Source: Rhodothermaceae bacterium bin80
Lineage (GTDB): Bacteria; Bacteroidota; Rhodothermia; Rhodothermales; Bin80
Reading direction: 5' to 3'
DNA: 64,000 nucleotides
Assembly (NCBI GenBank): GCA_002238805.1
Contig: MPNB01000001.1
Coordinates: 71,957 to 135,956 of the forward strand
The notes beneath the pieces were generated by a model. The model was not told the DNA's origin. It did not search any database and saw only the letters and a list, made by a program, of their open reading frames with translations. Positions 24,017 through 34,652 of this stretch are shown here, piece after piece. The position numbers and the translations under genes are program-made. The stretch's first letter is position 1. Every line of letters begins with the position of its first letter.

Positions 24017-25321
24017 ATGCTACGCTTGCCTGTACTCCTCTTATTACTACTGCTGCCTGGTATAGCCACGGCCCAGTGGACCGCTGAAAACCCCGGAAGT
24101 GACAACCTCACTGTTCTGGGGCATATTCCCCTAGGGCCGCGGCTCAGTGTTGCTGATCTTGATATGGAACAGGAGCTGTCCAGACCATTTGTGTATGTCT
24201 CCCGCATGGTGTACGGAGACGAAGGATCCAAAGGCACAGATATTATTGATGTTTCCGACCCTGCGAACCCCCGTGTGATCTACCGGTGGAGAATAGAAGA
24301 GCAGGACCTGCATTTGAGGACCGGCGGGATGGATGTGAAATATTTTAAGTGGAAGGATCGCTACTATGTCGTGCAGTCGCTGCAGTTTGGTGCTGGCGGA
24401 CCTAACAACGACCTCGGGGCTGTAATCCTGGATGTAACCGGTTTACCCGATTCCACACAGGTGCGTGAGGTTGCGCGCATTCACGAACCTGAACTGCCCG
24501 GGGGGTTCCATAATATTTTCGTGTATGCCCATTCGAGTGGTCGCCCACTGCTCTTCAGTACGGTTTCCGGGCCCTTTGCGCACGTATATGATCTCGGGAC
24601 GATTGTCGAGGGCAATCTAGACGAGGGCTTTGTTGCCCGCGTGCCCGTTCCGGAATCCCCGCTTGGCCGCGGCCGTGCGCGTGGATATCACGACTTCTAT
24701 GTTGGCTATCACACAGAAACCGGTCAGGACCGTTTTTACGGCGGCGGCATCGGAGGATATTTCGTCTACGATATCACCGATTTACAAGCGCCGTCTCTAC
24801 TGGTAACCCTGACCGGCATTAATGGGGTTCGCAGCGGACACACCTTTACCCCCGGCCCGCATGGCCGGTATGTGATCGCCGAAACCGAGTATCGCTACGC
24901 ACCGTTGCGCATCTTCGACCTGAAACCTGCTCTGGACGGCGAAGTGTCTAATATCAACCGCCCCATCAGTGCATGGACCGCAGACTGGCGTAACCTGGTT
25001 CACAATCATGAAGTCCGCTGGCCGTACGTTTTCGTATCCGGCTATCTGGATGGTTTGCAAGTTTTTACACTCATAGACCCGGAAAGCCCCGCGACCGTCG
25101 CCTACTACGACACTTATCTAGGTCCACCAAACACGGACCGCTACCCCGTTTTCAACGGGGCCTTCGGCGTGGACGTGCGCAATGCAGATGGACTTATTGT
25201 CGTTAGTGATATGTCTACCGGTTTTTGGACCTTCAGGATGGATGGTTTCCGGGGCTGGCACGGTGATAACTGGGGAGTCCCGAATATTTCAAGTGCACAG
25301 GACTGGAACGGTCTTCAATGA
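24017..25321 (+). CDS. Secreted LVIVD-repeat beta-propeller, paralogue 3
   Basis: TDIIDVSDPANP; GGFHNIF, RGYHDFY, RSGHTFT, LVHNHEV. Confidence 0.8.
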   Translation: MLRLPVLLLLLLLPGIATAQWTAENPGSDNLTVLGHIPLGPRLSVADLDMEQELSRPFVYVSRMVYGDEGSKGTDIIDVSDPANPRVIYRWRIEEQDLHLRTGGMDVKYFKWKDRYYVVQSLQFGAGGPNNDLGAVILDVTGLPDSTQVREVARIHEPELPGGFHNIFVYAHSSGRPLLFSTVSGPFAHVYDLGTIVEGNLDEGFVARVPVPESPLGRGRARGYHDFYVGYHTETGQDRFYGGGIGGYFVYDITDLQAPSLLVTLTGINGVRSGHTFTPGPHGRYVIAETEYRYAPLRIFDLKPALDGEVSNINRPISAWTADWRNLVHNHEVRWPYVFVSGYLDGLQVFTLIDPESPATVAYYDTYLGPPNTDRYPVFNGAFGVDVRNADGLIVVSDMSTGFWTFRMDGFRGWHGDNWGVPNISSAQDWNGLQ

Positions 25322-25824
25322 TTAGCGTGGTTTACCTAGTCTTGCTGGCGTTGCCTTCGCCAACTCAACCGGGTGAATGCTCGGATGACTATTATGTCAT
25401 CGACCTGATTCCCACTCGTCGGGTCCCCGCCGCACGCCAAGCGGAGGGCTCAGCGAGACTGACCTTCGTTCCATCTCCTTTTGGCGTTGCAGTTGATCCG
25501 GGAGGGAGTTACCGCTATAATCTCGATGTTCAAGTGAGTCGCTTGGGATCCATACCCGGGCATGAATACACCGCTTGGCTCTCCACTCCTGACCTGAAAG
25601 AGGTCGTGCGTCTTGGGCCTCTTTCGCGCGAGGGTCACATAGCCGGTTCGGTTTCCTGGAACAAGTTTCTTGTGATTATCACGCTTGAGCCGGAAGGAAG
25701 TGATCCTGCCCGATGGACGGGCCCGGTGGTCATGCGGGGCCTATCGCGCAGCGGACTGATGCATACCATGGCAGGACATGGACCGTTTCAGCAAGAGCCT
25801 TGCACCGTTTATGGGTATTACTGA
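25318..25824 (+). CDS. Small secreted hypothetical protein with C-terminal MHTMAGH..C motif
   Basis: Hydrophobic N-terminus; ATGA overlap with the upstream gene; 3 nt before the oxidase. Confidence 0.7.
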   Translation: MISVVYLVLLALPSPTQPGECSDDYYVIDLIPTRRVPAARQAEGSARLTFVPSPFGVAVDPGGSYRYNLDVQVSRLGSIPGHEYTAWLSTPDLKEVVRLGPLSREGHIAGSVSWNKFLVIITLEPEGSDPARWTGPVVMRGLSRSGLMHTMAGHGPFQQEPCTVYGYY

Positions 25825-25827
25825 GCC

Positions 25828-27513
25828 ATGAAATTTGTTTCGTTGCTTCTGGCTACCCTGAGCCTTATTCCGTGCGCGCTCTCACAGCATCAACACCATG
25901 GTCACACAATGACCGCTGGCTCCCCTGACAGCGTGGTCTGGCGGATGCCCCCAATGGATATGACCATGCCGATGTTACCCGGCCTGGAGAACGCACTCCC
26001 TCCGACGCCCCCGGATCTACCTTTGCTGGACCCAGAACTCCCCCAGGCGATCCCCGGTGAAGTACTGTCGCTCGCTGACGGGGACACCCTGTATCTGACG
26101 GCATCTCCCGTTCGCCGTCAGATCGCCGGACAGGATGTTGTGATGTTCGGCTACAATGGGCAGTATCCCGGTCCCCTGCTGAAGGTTTCCAAAGGCTCGG
26201 TCATCACGGTCGTATTCAGGAATGCTCTAAACGAACCTACCACGGTGCACTGGCATGGCCTCCGGCTCGATAACCGGTTCGACGGGATTCCTGGTATGAC
26301 ACAACCACCTGTCGAAGCTGGCAACGATTTTATTTACGAACTGCGCTTCCCCGATAACGGACTCTACTGGTACCACCCACATATTCGCGAGGACGTGCAA
26401 CAGGACCTTGGCCTTTACGGCAATATGCTGGTCCTCCCCGAAACGCCCGACTACTACGGTCCGGCAAACAGGGACGAGGTGCTCTTACTGGACGATATTC
26501 TTCTCGACGAAAATGGTTTGATCCCGTACGGAAAGGACGTTCCGACCCATGCACTTATGGGGCGATTCGGCAATGTTATGCTGACCAACGGTGTGACCGA
26601 CTACCGCTTTGAGGTAAATCGCGGCGAGGTTGTGCGCTTTCACCTCACTAATGTGGCCAACGCACGCTCTTTCAATGTTAATTTCGGGGGGCTGCCCATA
26701 AAGGTCGTGGCATCCGATCTGAGCCAGTTTGAGCAGGAAACATGGGTGTCCAGCATCGCCATTTCCCCCGCCGAGCGCTACGTTGTTGATGTCCTTTTTC
26801 CTGAACCCGGACCCGTAGCTATTACGAACACCATCCAGGCTATTGATCACTTTCGGGGAGTATTTTATACCAGTGTCGACACGCTTGCCCTCGCGGTAGT
26901 GGGAGAATCACCGGCTTCCCCGGACTACAGCCAGTCTTTCGCAGAGCTAAGAGAAAACCTCGATGTTTCGGCAGACATTGATTCTTTTCGCGACCATTTT
27001 GACCGTCCGCCTGATAAATCACTTACGCTTTCGCTTCGCGTGAGGGATCTCCCGATCTCCATAATGCTCTCCATGGAAATAGACACACTCTATGTGCCGC
27101 CCGTTGAATGGAATGATGCCATGCCGATGATGAACTGGTTGTCTACTGGTGCACAGGTAGAATGGGTTCTGCGAGAACCGGATACCGGACTCGAAAATAT
27201 GGCCATCCACTGGGATTTTCAGGTTGGCGATGTGGTTAAGGTGCGGATCTTTAACGATCCCCGCAGCTTCCATCCCATGCAGCATCCTATCCACTTCCAT
27301 GGTCAACGATTCCTGGTCCTGGAAACGGACGGCATTCGTAATCAGCACTTGGTCTGGAAGGACACAGCAATTGTTCCGGTTGGTTCAACGGTGGACTTTC
27401 TGGTGGACATGTCTAATCCAGGTGACTGGATGGCACATTGTCACATCGCCGAACACCTTCAGTCCGGTATGATGTTGGGCTTTACTGTAAAAGCTCCCCT
27501 AATTGGTCAATAA
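25828..27513 (+). CDS. Multicopper oxidase (CueO/laccase-like)
   Basis: HWHG, WYHPH, HPIHFHG, HCHIAEHLQSGM; His/Met-rich N-terminus. Confidence 0.95.
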   Translation: MKFVSLLLATLSLIPCALSQHQHHGHTMTAGSPDSVVWRMPPMDMTMPMLPGLENALPPTPPDLPLLDPELPQAIPGEVLSLADGDTLYLTASPVRRQIAGQDVVMFGYNGQYPGPLLKVSKGSVITVVFRNALNEPTTVHWHGLRLDNRFDGIPGMTQPPVEAGNDFIYELRFPDNGLYWYHPHIREDVQQDLGLYGNMLVLPETPDYYGPANRDEVLLLDDILLDENGLIPYGKDVPTHALMGRFGNVMLTNGVTDYRFEVNRGEVVRFHLTNVANARSFNVNFGGLPIKVVASDLSQFEQETWVSSIAISPAERYVVDVLFPEPGPVAITNTIQAIDHFRGVFYTSVDTLALAVVGESPASPDYSQSFAELRENLDVSADIDSFRDHFDRPPDKSLTLSLRVRDLPISIMLSMEIDTLYVPPVEWNDAMPMMNWLSTGAQVEWVLREPDTGLENMAIHWDFQVGDVVKVRIFNDPRSFHPMQHPIHFHGQRFLVLETDGIRNQHLVWKDTAIVPVGSTVDFLVDMSNPGDWMAHCHIAEHLQSGMMLGFTVKAPLIGQ

Positions 27514-27586
27514 TTGGTATCTTGATTCTGAGCCGTCGTGTTCTTGCAAGTGTGGTCACCTTCAAAAAACAGTCGTCATGGTCTTT

Positions 27587-28507
27587 ATGCGTTATTCTCT
27601 CCTGGTTTTCACAGCAATCTTTGTCATCGTGCTTACCGGATGTAATCCAAGAGCCGTTGAAACCCTAACCCTGGACGCTCCTGAAACCCTCGAGACCAAT
27701 CAGAGTGGTGAATTCTCGGCAGCGGCCAATGAAGAAGCCCGTCCCCCGGTTATGTACGCTTGGGAGTTTGGCGATGGCAGCACTGCAGATAGTTCCTATG
27801 CCGCACATGCTTACGGCGAAGCGGGTTCCTACACGGTAACCGTTACAGCAAGCAACAGGAACGGACGCTTCTCGATCTCCGAGACCACGAATGTTATGGT
27901 AATGGATCCTCCAGTACCTGCACAGGTTCTGGCCCTTCTAGCCAGCTCCACGAGCGTGGATACCCGCACACCCGTTGAATTCTCTGCAAACGTCCGGGGT
28001 GACGCTCCTTTGACGTATGCCTGGAATTTTGGGGATGGCACTTCTTCCGCTTCTCCCAGACCTCAGCATACTTATATGGCAGAGGGACAGTATGGCGTGT
28101 CGCTGGAGGTCTCCAATGAGCACGGACGAGACGCCCGTACATTAACGGTCACAGTAGAGCAGTATGAGCCTCCCTATTGCGCAGATCTCGCGGAAATGAG
28201 TACGGTCTTTTTCGAGCGTAATTCTAGTCTGCTGACCGACTCTGTTCAACCGGCATTAGACGATAATCTTGAGATTCTGGGCGAATGTTTAAATCTCCGA
28301 GTGCGCATCGAAGGCATGACAAGCCCCTTGGAGCGTAACCCCCAGACACTGTCGGAGGACCGTGCGCGGGCTGTTCGTGATCACTATATCGCGAACGGGA
28401 TCGATGCTAGCCGTATCACAACGACTGGTGTTGGGAGTGCAGATGGCGCGTCCAAGAAGAGCGGGGCAGACCAGTTCCGCAGGGCAGATTCGATCCCGCT
28501 CCGCTAA
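27587..28507 (+). CDS. Lipoprotein with two PKD domains and a C-terminal OmpA-like domain
   Basis: LTGC lipobox; WEFGDG and WNFGDG; LSEDRARAVRDHY..GIDASRI. Confidence 0.88.
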   Translation: MRYSLLVFTAIFVIVLTGCNPRAVETLTLDAPETLETNQSGEFSAAANEEARPPVMYAWEFGDGSTADSSYAAHAYGEAGSYTVTVTASNRNGRFSISETTNVMVMDPPVPAQVLALLASSTSVDTRTPVEFSANVRGDAPLTYAWNFGDGTSSASPRPQHTYMAEGQYGVSLEVSNEHGRDARTLTVTVEQYEPPYCADLAEMSTVFFERNSSLLTDSVQPALDDNLEILGECLNLRVRIEGMTSPLERNPQTLSEDRARAVRDHYIANGIDASRITTTGVGSADGASKKSGADQFRRADSIPLR

Positions 28508-29028
28508 GTGCTGCACCAACCTCGCTGTACGGCGCCATCCTCCCCGATGGTATAGAACTCCAGGTCTCTGCCTGTTCGGAGCTTGGTTATGTAGATGATT
28601 TGGCCGACGTGCATCGAAAAGTGCTCAACCGCGTGATAGATCGCCCCTAGAGTTGTTATCTGGATCCCCTGAATTGTCCGGGACTGCTCCAGTAGGTCCT
28701 GCTCCAGTTCGTGCAGCACCTGAACTGCCTGCTGTACGGTAGATCTCAATTCTTCGAGCAGCGCGGCTGCATCATTTCCGCCGTCAGCTGAAAATTCTTG
28801 TGCTCGCTGGCGGTTGTCCTCCACACCACCAACCCCGGCGACAATCCACTGATGCAGGTTGCCGGCCAAGTGAAGCAATAAATTCCCCACACTATTTGAG
28901 GCCTGATTTTGTCTCCACCACAGATCCGCATTGGGCAGGACCTCCAGACACCTCTCGATCTTCGGCAAATAGTCTTTCAGCAAGAGATTCTGTGATTGTC
29001 TGATAAAGAGCTCGCGTGCACGATCCAT
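28504..29028 (-). CDS. DinB/DUF1572-family protein
   Basis: NSVGNLLLHLAGN...EHFSMHVGQI. Confidence 0.85.
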   Translation of the reverse strand: MDRARELFIRQSQNLLLKDYLPKIERCLEVLPNADLWWRQNQASNSVGNLLLHLAGNLHQWIVAGVGGVEDNRQRAQEFSADGGNDAAALLEELRSTVQQAVQVLHELEQDLLEQSRTIQGIQITTLGAIYHAVEHFSMHVGQIIYITKLRTGRDLEFYTIGEDGAVQRGWCST

Positions 29029-29539
29029 TTGGTTTTCTCTTATGATTGTCGTCTCTTCGAGAGAGTTCTGCGACGTTTGGGCGACCTGTCTTCCGTTGTC
29101 CGTATTAGATCACCACGATCCTTCCCCTTCCAAAACTTGCACTCCTGATAGCACTCGACTGGCATCATTTCTGGTATAAGATTTGCCCATCACGGCTTCA
29201 GCCCAAAATACTGTTCTGGAGTAACCATCTGAAACTCCGGTCCTCCACCTATCCTCCTTCAATCCTCAACTCGGACGGCATAATATACTTTATTCGCGGC
29301 GTCTGTGAAACCCTTCTGTTACTACCCTGCGGGAGGCTCCGGGTCTCCTGGCAGCAGAAACTCATCACCAAGTTCTGTAAGACCCTAACGCAAGTTGTTG
29401 TCTTATCCCTATCTTGGTAGCAGGCTCTCTCGGTTAACTGAATAAGGGGCGATCTGAGCGCTTTTTCATGTGCTCTCCTATCACTATCTTCTCCGAGAGA
29501 CCCTCCGCTCTGCCCAGACTGATTCTGACACGTGTTTTT

Positions 29540-31189
29540 ATGAAAATTCAACGGCGCTATATCCTACCGATAACGCTGCTATTCTTGGCGGGAGGGTTGC
29601 TGGGAGCCTCTTTTGGTCGATACTTCAGCGACATAACGGAAGACCTGCGCAAGCTTGAAGAAGCTTTTCTCCTGATCAACCGTAGCTATGTTGATTCCGT
29701 AGATCCCGGCCAAGCCGCCGAACATGCGATTGGAGGAATGCTCAAGTCACTCGACCCGCATTCTTCCTACATCGATGCTTCAGCATTTAAAGAAGTGGCC
29801 GAGACTTTTCAGGGTTCCTTCGGTGGCATTGGGATCTGGTTCCAAGTGCTTGACGGCGATACTGCGCGCGTGGTTTCACCAATAGAGAATGGTCCCAGCG
29901 AAAAGGCCGGAATCCGAGCAGGCGACCGAATCATTGCCGTTAACGATACCTCGGTGATCGGTATCGGCGAGGATGAAGTGAAGCGACGCCTTAAAGGGCC
30001 CGTGGGTACGCAAGTCGAGGTAACCATACGACGATTGGGTATTCAAAGACCCTTCACCGTGCCCCTTACACGTGACCTGATCCCGCTGTACTCGATAACC
30101 AGCAGCTATATGGTGGACGATATCACAGGGTACATCCGAATCAGTCGATTTGCCCAAAGCACCTACGCTGAATTCCTTCAAGCCCTCGACGAACTTCAGG
30201 GACAGGGAATGGAGCGTCTGCTCTTGGATCTTCGGGACAATGGTGGTGGGCTCATGCAGGCTGCCGTCGCAATTGTGGACGAAATGCTGGCCGGTAGTGG
30301 ACACATTGTCAGCACTATCGGCCGCAGCGTGCCAAGCGAAATTTACGTTGCCCAACGTACCGGCCGCTTCGAAACACAACCCATTATTGTTTTGGTTAAT
30401 GGTAACTCCATTTCCGCAAGTGAAATTGTGGCTGGGGCCCTGCAGGATCATGACCGTGCGCTACTCGTTGGTCAGCGAACCTTTGGGAAAGGATTGGTGC
30501 AAAACCAGTTTCCTTTGCCCGATGGGAGCCGCCTGCAGATTACAACTGCCCGCTACTATACCCCTTCCGGCCGATTAATACAAACTCCGTACGAAGAAGG
30601 GGATTACGAGGGGTACCTAGAGACTAAACTGGAGGGCCTGAGCGAAGCCTATCGAGATCCCGAAAAATACGCGGAAAGCATTCCGGATTCGCTAAAGTTC
30701 ACCACCACACATGGGCGTACCATCTTTGGTGGAGGGGGAATCATGCCGGATCATGTTGTTGAGGGCGATTCCCTTAGACCTCGCATCCTGCATGCACTCT
30801 ATGGCGGTGCACTATTCGAAACCTTCCGTCTCTGGTTCGAAAGTAACGAACAGGCACTGCGAACCACCTGGGAGGATCGAACAGATGAATTCGTGAACGA
30901 TTTTGCTTTTTCGACTGCGCAGTGGGATGCCCTATGGATTTCTGGAGCCTCGGCCCAAGTACCTGTAACTTTTGTGGTTGCTGATCCTTCGACTGAAGAA
31001 CTGCAGTTCACTTTCGGTGAACTCAATGAAAACAGTGAAACGATCCGTCTTTACTTCAAAGCACTTCTTGGCCGACAGTTGTATGGTTCCCGCACTGCTT
31101 CACCGCTATTTAACGCCATCGACGAAACCTTCCAGGAGAGTCTGTTATTCTGGTCTGAAGCCGAGGAGTTAGCTCTTCTCAATCGATAG
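29540..31189 (+). CDS. S41 C-terminal processing peptidase (CtpA/Prc-like)
   Basis: LDPHSSY, PDZ domain, [38 protein letters not shown]. Confidence 0.93.
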   Translation: MKIQRRYILPITLLFLAGGLLGASFGRYFSDITEDLRKLEEAFLLINRSYVDSVDPGQAAEHAIGGMLKSLDPHSSYIDASAFKEVAETFQGSFGGIGIWFQVLDGDTARVVSPIENGPSEKAGIRAGDRIIAVNDTSVIGIGEDEVKRRLKGPVGTQVEVTIRRLGIQRPFTVPLTRDLIPLYSITSSYMVDDITGYIRISRFAQSTYAEFLQALDELQGQGMERLLLDLRDNGGGLMQAAVAIVDEMLAGSGHIVSTIGRSVPSEIYVAQRTGRFETQPIIVLVNGNSISASEIVAGALQDHDRALLVGQRTFGKGLVQNQFPLPDGSRLQITTARYYTPSGRLIQTPYEEGDYEGYLETKLEGLSEAYRDPEKYAESIPDSLKFTTTHGRTIFGGGGIMPDHVVEGDSLRPRILHALYGGALFETFRLWFESNEQALRTTWEDRTDEFVNDFAFSTAQWDALWISGASAQVPVTFVVADPSTEELQFTFGELNENSETIRLYFKALLGRQLYGSRTASPLFNAIDETFQESLLFWSEAEELALLNR

Positions 31190-32405
31190 TTGACCACGGC
31201 AGGCATGTGATTTTCACCTCTTGCCCGCCGGATGGATCGACACAGTCTTCTGGAAGGTGAATGAGACAATTGGCGTGCTGCAGCGAAGAGTATAGGTTTG
31301 ATGCCTGTGGTCCGGTGGTCTGCACAACCAGCTGCCCTCCTGCCTGACGGACTGCTTTACCACGGACGAAGTGATGCAGGCCAGCTGCCTTTCGCACCGG
31401 GAATTCCAGCATTGCACGCAGGAAGGGTGGTCTTACCTCGGCAGCTCCCATGAGTGTGAGCAGTGCGGGGCGTACATATTGAAGAAAGCATACCGCCGCT
31501 GAGACCGGATTACCTGGCAAACCAAAAACCAGTTGGGATCCCAGCGTACCAAACAACATTGGTCCACCTGGCCGCTGACGTACACGCCAGAAACACCGCC
31601 GAAAACCTAACTGCACAAGCACATCCTTAACTAGGTCATGTGTCCCCACGGACACGCCTCCACTAATAAGTAACACATCCGCCCCCTGACTAGTCTCAAG
31701 CGCTTGAATCAAGCTATCAGGATTATCTCGGGCAACTAGCGGACCAGTCACCAAGCCACCAACGTCCAACACCTGTGCTGCGAGACCCGGACCATTAGCA
31801 TCGCGAATTTTTGCGGGAGGCAAAGGTACATTTGCCTCCAAGTGTAACTCATCACCCGTCACAATAACTGCGACACGCGGAATCCTTCCCACCTTTATTT
31901 CCTGGTAGCCGGCCGTCGCTATCATACCCACAACCGGCGGTGTAATTTGCGTGCCCCTATTTACTACCGATGCGCCCTCCGTCACGTCCTGGCCTGCACG
32001 CCGAATATAAGCCCCCCTCTTCGGACATCGATTAATGTTCACCAAATCAGGTTTAATTTCAGTTGTCCACTCTACCGGAACCACAGCTTCCGTTCCCGGA
32101 GGCACTTTTGCTCCCGTCATAATCCGTATACAGCTTCCTGGCTTTACTTCACCTACCGGGTTCTTTCCTGCGGGAATATCTCCATCCAAACGCAGACTCG
32201 CAGGAATTTTCGTAAGGTCCTCCATGCGAACCGCAAAACCATCCATACCCGAATTATCGAAAGGGGGTATTGCTTCCCGAGCGATTATTTCCTCGCGCAG
32301 TACCTGCCCCAACGCCGCTGAAAGCGACACTCGCTCGGTCGGAAGTAACCGAAGCTCCGCATTAATTTTCCGCAATGCTTCCACAACAGTGATTCTATTT
32401 TGCAT
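31179..32405 (-). CDS. moeA: Molybdopterin molybdotransferase
   Basis: [38 protein letters not shown]. Confidence 0.95.
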   Translation of the reverse strand: MQNRITVVEALRKINAELRLLPTERVSLSAALGQVLREEIIAREAIPPFDNSGMDGFAVRMEDLTKIPASLRLDGDIPAGKNPVGEVKPGSCIRIMTGAKVPPGTEAVVPVEWTTEIKPDLVNINRCPKRGAYIRRAGQDVTEGASVVNRGTQITPPVVGMIATAGYQEIKVGRIPRVAVIVTGDELHLEANVPLPPAKIRDANGPGLAAQVLDVGGLVTGPLVARDNPDSLIQALETSQGADVLLISGGVSVGTHDLVKDVLVQLGFRRCFWRVRQRPGGPMLFGTLGSQLVFGLPGNPVSAAVCFLQYVRPALLTLMGAAEVRPPFLRAMLEFPVRKAAGLHHFVRGKAVRQAGGQLVVQTTGPQASNLYSSLQHANCLIHLPEDCVDPSGGQEVKITCLPWSTID

Positions 32406-32410
32406 TATCT

Positions 32411-32700
32411 CGTGGATAAGATGTTAGATCCACTGGATTTATTTTCAACGCTTCGGATGCAACTTCAATTTTGTGAATACAAATGTAGTTATTCACGTTT
32501 TACTCACAAACTTGGAATCGACGCATGAACCCCTTTTAGGGGCAAATATTGCCCATTTAGGCCCATATAGGCGCTCCTAGCCAAAGTATGCTTTGAGTTA
32601 TCCACAAATTCACAGCTCCAACGATAGATAGTGCTTTTGAATTTTAAAACATCCTATAATAGAAGCATAATAGGATGTTGTGGATAACTTTTCCAACACC
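32411..32700. other. Probable replication origin (oriC): DnaA-box cluster with AT-rich, DnaA-trio-like tract
   Basis: Perfect TTATCCACA 32598-32606 (tandem AATTCACA) and TGTGGATAA 32679-32687; near-boxes at 32411, 32472, 32489, 32500; TAA-TAG-AAG-CAT-AAT next to a box; apparent C-rich to G-rich switch across this point. Confidence 0.65.
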
Positions 32701-33257
32701 CTGCAGCCACACGGTTTCTCGCACTCTCCGTAACCATTGCTAAGCACGCTGTTTACCTTGGATGCGTTTGTATTTCGGCATCACCACCATGTCAAGTGCT
32801 CTTCCACATGTTGCAGTACCCGTATTCAGTGCAGAACGGTAGTACGCCCCATAGTACTGAATCCGTCTCTTCACCTGTCCATTGCATTGTTCGGGCAAGG
32901 TCAGCCAACTGTGGAGATACTTCCGGATACGTTAGGATGCCTTGTTATGCTTCCAGGTATGAAACTTATGAAGTCTCCCTGCTTGACTGTGCACGACGAG
33001 GGAGAAACGTGTATTCCAGAAAATAAAACTAATTCCCGTTCTTATGGCGTTCAGTCCGGCATCTTCGTTGGGGCAGGGAACCAATGCGTTACATATAGCA
33101 ACCACCACCGCTCGTCTTTGTGATTCCGCAGCGCGCGCGCCATCAGTTCATGATTCTACCATGTCAAAAAATGACCTGAAACGGATGTGAGCTGAATAGA
33201 ATCCCGAGTAGCTACGGCGCGGTTCTTGGTTTGTATATTATCCTCTCCTACTTCAAG

Positions 33258-34187
33258 ATGATGTCCATGAATAAGCTGTTATCCTGTATTGAAGAACTAC
33301 AGATTCGTATCAAGACGCACGGCAACAGTCTGATGTCGGATGAATTGCGAACGCGTGTGGCATTGATTGATCCTCTATTGTGTGCGCTTGGATGGGAAGC
33401 ATCCAATCCAAGAGTGGTCACAGTCGAACATTCGATAGAAAAAATACGGGTAGACTATGCTCTACTCGGAGAAGACGGCAAACCTGTGGCCATACTTGAG
33501 GCAAAAAGCCTTGGAATAAATCTATCGCACAAAAGCCGCATGCAGATGCTGAATTATGCCAATTCGGGGGGTATTAAATATGCGGGACTCACAAACGGAG
33601 ATCACTGGGAACTGTACTCAGTCTTCAAAGAGGTCCCATTGCAAGACAAAAAATTATTGGATATATCCATCGAACAACAGATGGCACATCATATTGCATT
33701 GCAGCTTTTGTGTCTGTGGCGACCCAATCTGCGTTCAGGTAAAGTTACTACAGCTTCTACGCCGATTGTTGGATTACCGAATGGTCCTAAGCCGACTCCC
33801 TCAGATCGGAAAGGATGGATCAGTCTGGCCAAATATGATCCGAAGCCCAAAACGTCAGTTCCTTCTGTGGCCCATTTCTGGAACGGAACAGAGAGAGAAC
33901 TCAAAAGCTGGAGGGATTTATTATTAGTAACTATTGAGTTGCTTTACAAAGAGGAGCGATTAACAACGGATAAGCTACCTTACTCGTGCACTGGAGGCAA
34001 ATACCTTATTCACACGAAGCCTCACCATGGAAATGGCACACGATTCAGGAGTATTCGCCGTCCAAATGGCACACCATTCTTTATGGATGCAAATCTGACT
34101 GCAAAACAGGTCAGGCGTTATTGTAGAAAGCTGTTGAAAGATTTCGGGAAGGATCCAAAAACTGATGTACACCTGAAGGTCATGTGA
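33258..34187 (+). CDS. HsdR_N-like PD-(D/E)XK nuclease fused to a putative DNA-binding (SeqA-C-like) domain
   Basis: DELRTRVALIDPLLCALGW..VDYAL..ILEAK..QMLNYA..LTNGDHW; C-terminal GTPFFMDANLTAK. Confidence 0.7.
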   Translation: MMSMNKLLSCIEELQIRIKTHGNSLMSDELRTRVALIDPLLCALGWEASNPRVVTVEHSIEKIRVDYALLGEDGKPVAILEAKSLGINLSHKSRMQMLNYANSGGIKYAGLTNGDHWELYSVFKEVPLQDKKLLDISIEQQMAHHIALQLLCLWRPNLRSGKVTTASTPIVGLPNGPKPTPSDRKGWISLAKYDPKPKTSVPSVAHFWNGTERELKSWRDLLLVTIELLYKEERLTTDKLPYSCTGGKYLIHTKPHHGNGTRFRSIRRPNGTPFFMDANLTAKQVRRYCRKLLKDFGKDPKTDVHLKVM

Positions 34188-34652
34188 TCCGATCACATTT
34201 TTGACAAGCGAGGTTAGTTACACTGAATATCTAAACTGAAACCCGTGCAGATGTTATAGGGAGCGAAAAAATCCATTTCTAGGGATTTAAAGAGTTTTTT
34301 GAGAGATGTCGGTTTTCTTTATCACGAGATCACAGTCTGGGGTTACATAATGGATTATTTTTGAAATATTTTGTTAATACGGGTTGGTTTGAAGAGATAG
34401 GCAACTCCCTACAATGCATTTGCTGTCTGTGTCTATCTGAACAACAGCACGATCTTTGCCGGTGCAGTGAACGTTTCCATTTTCCGTAGGTTGACCGCTC
34501 CACTAGGTAGCCTTATTGGTTGGATATTCTTCAGATCTAGTTATTTTATAGGCTCGGGCGGGAGTTGGTAACGAGGTACTTAGATATTTAGGCGTGATTG
34601 AAGCCCGAGTGTGTGGCACGCTGCAAAAAGCTTCGTAGTTTGAATAGTTCCA

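Noticed and set aside
29290-29467. Moco riboswitch call (GCCTCCC on minus strand, moeA nearby)
   Set aside because: It lies downstream of moeA and the rest of the consensus is missing; kept only as an unassigned RNA candidate
32737-33123. 128-aa ORF next to the DnaA boxes
   Set aside because: No recognisable motifs and atypical composition; probably non-coding or a decayed gene
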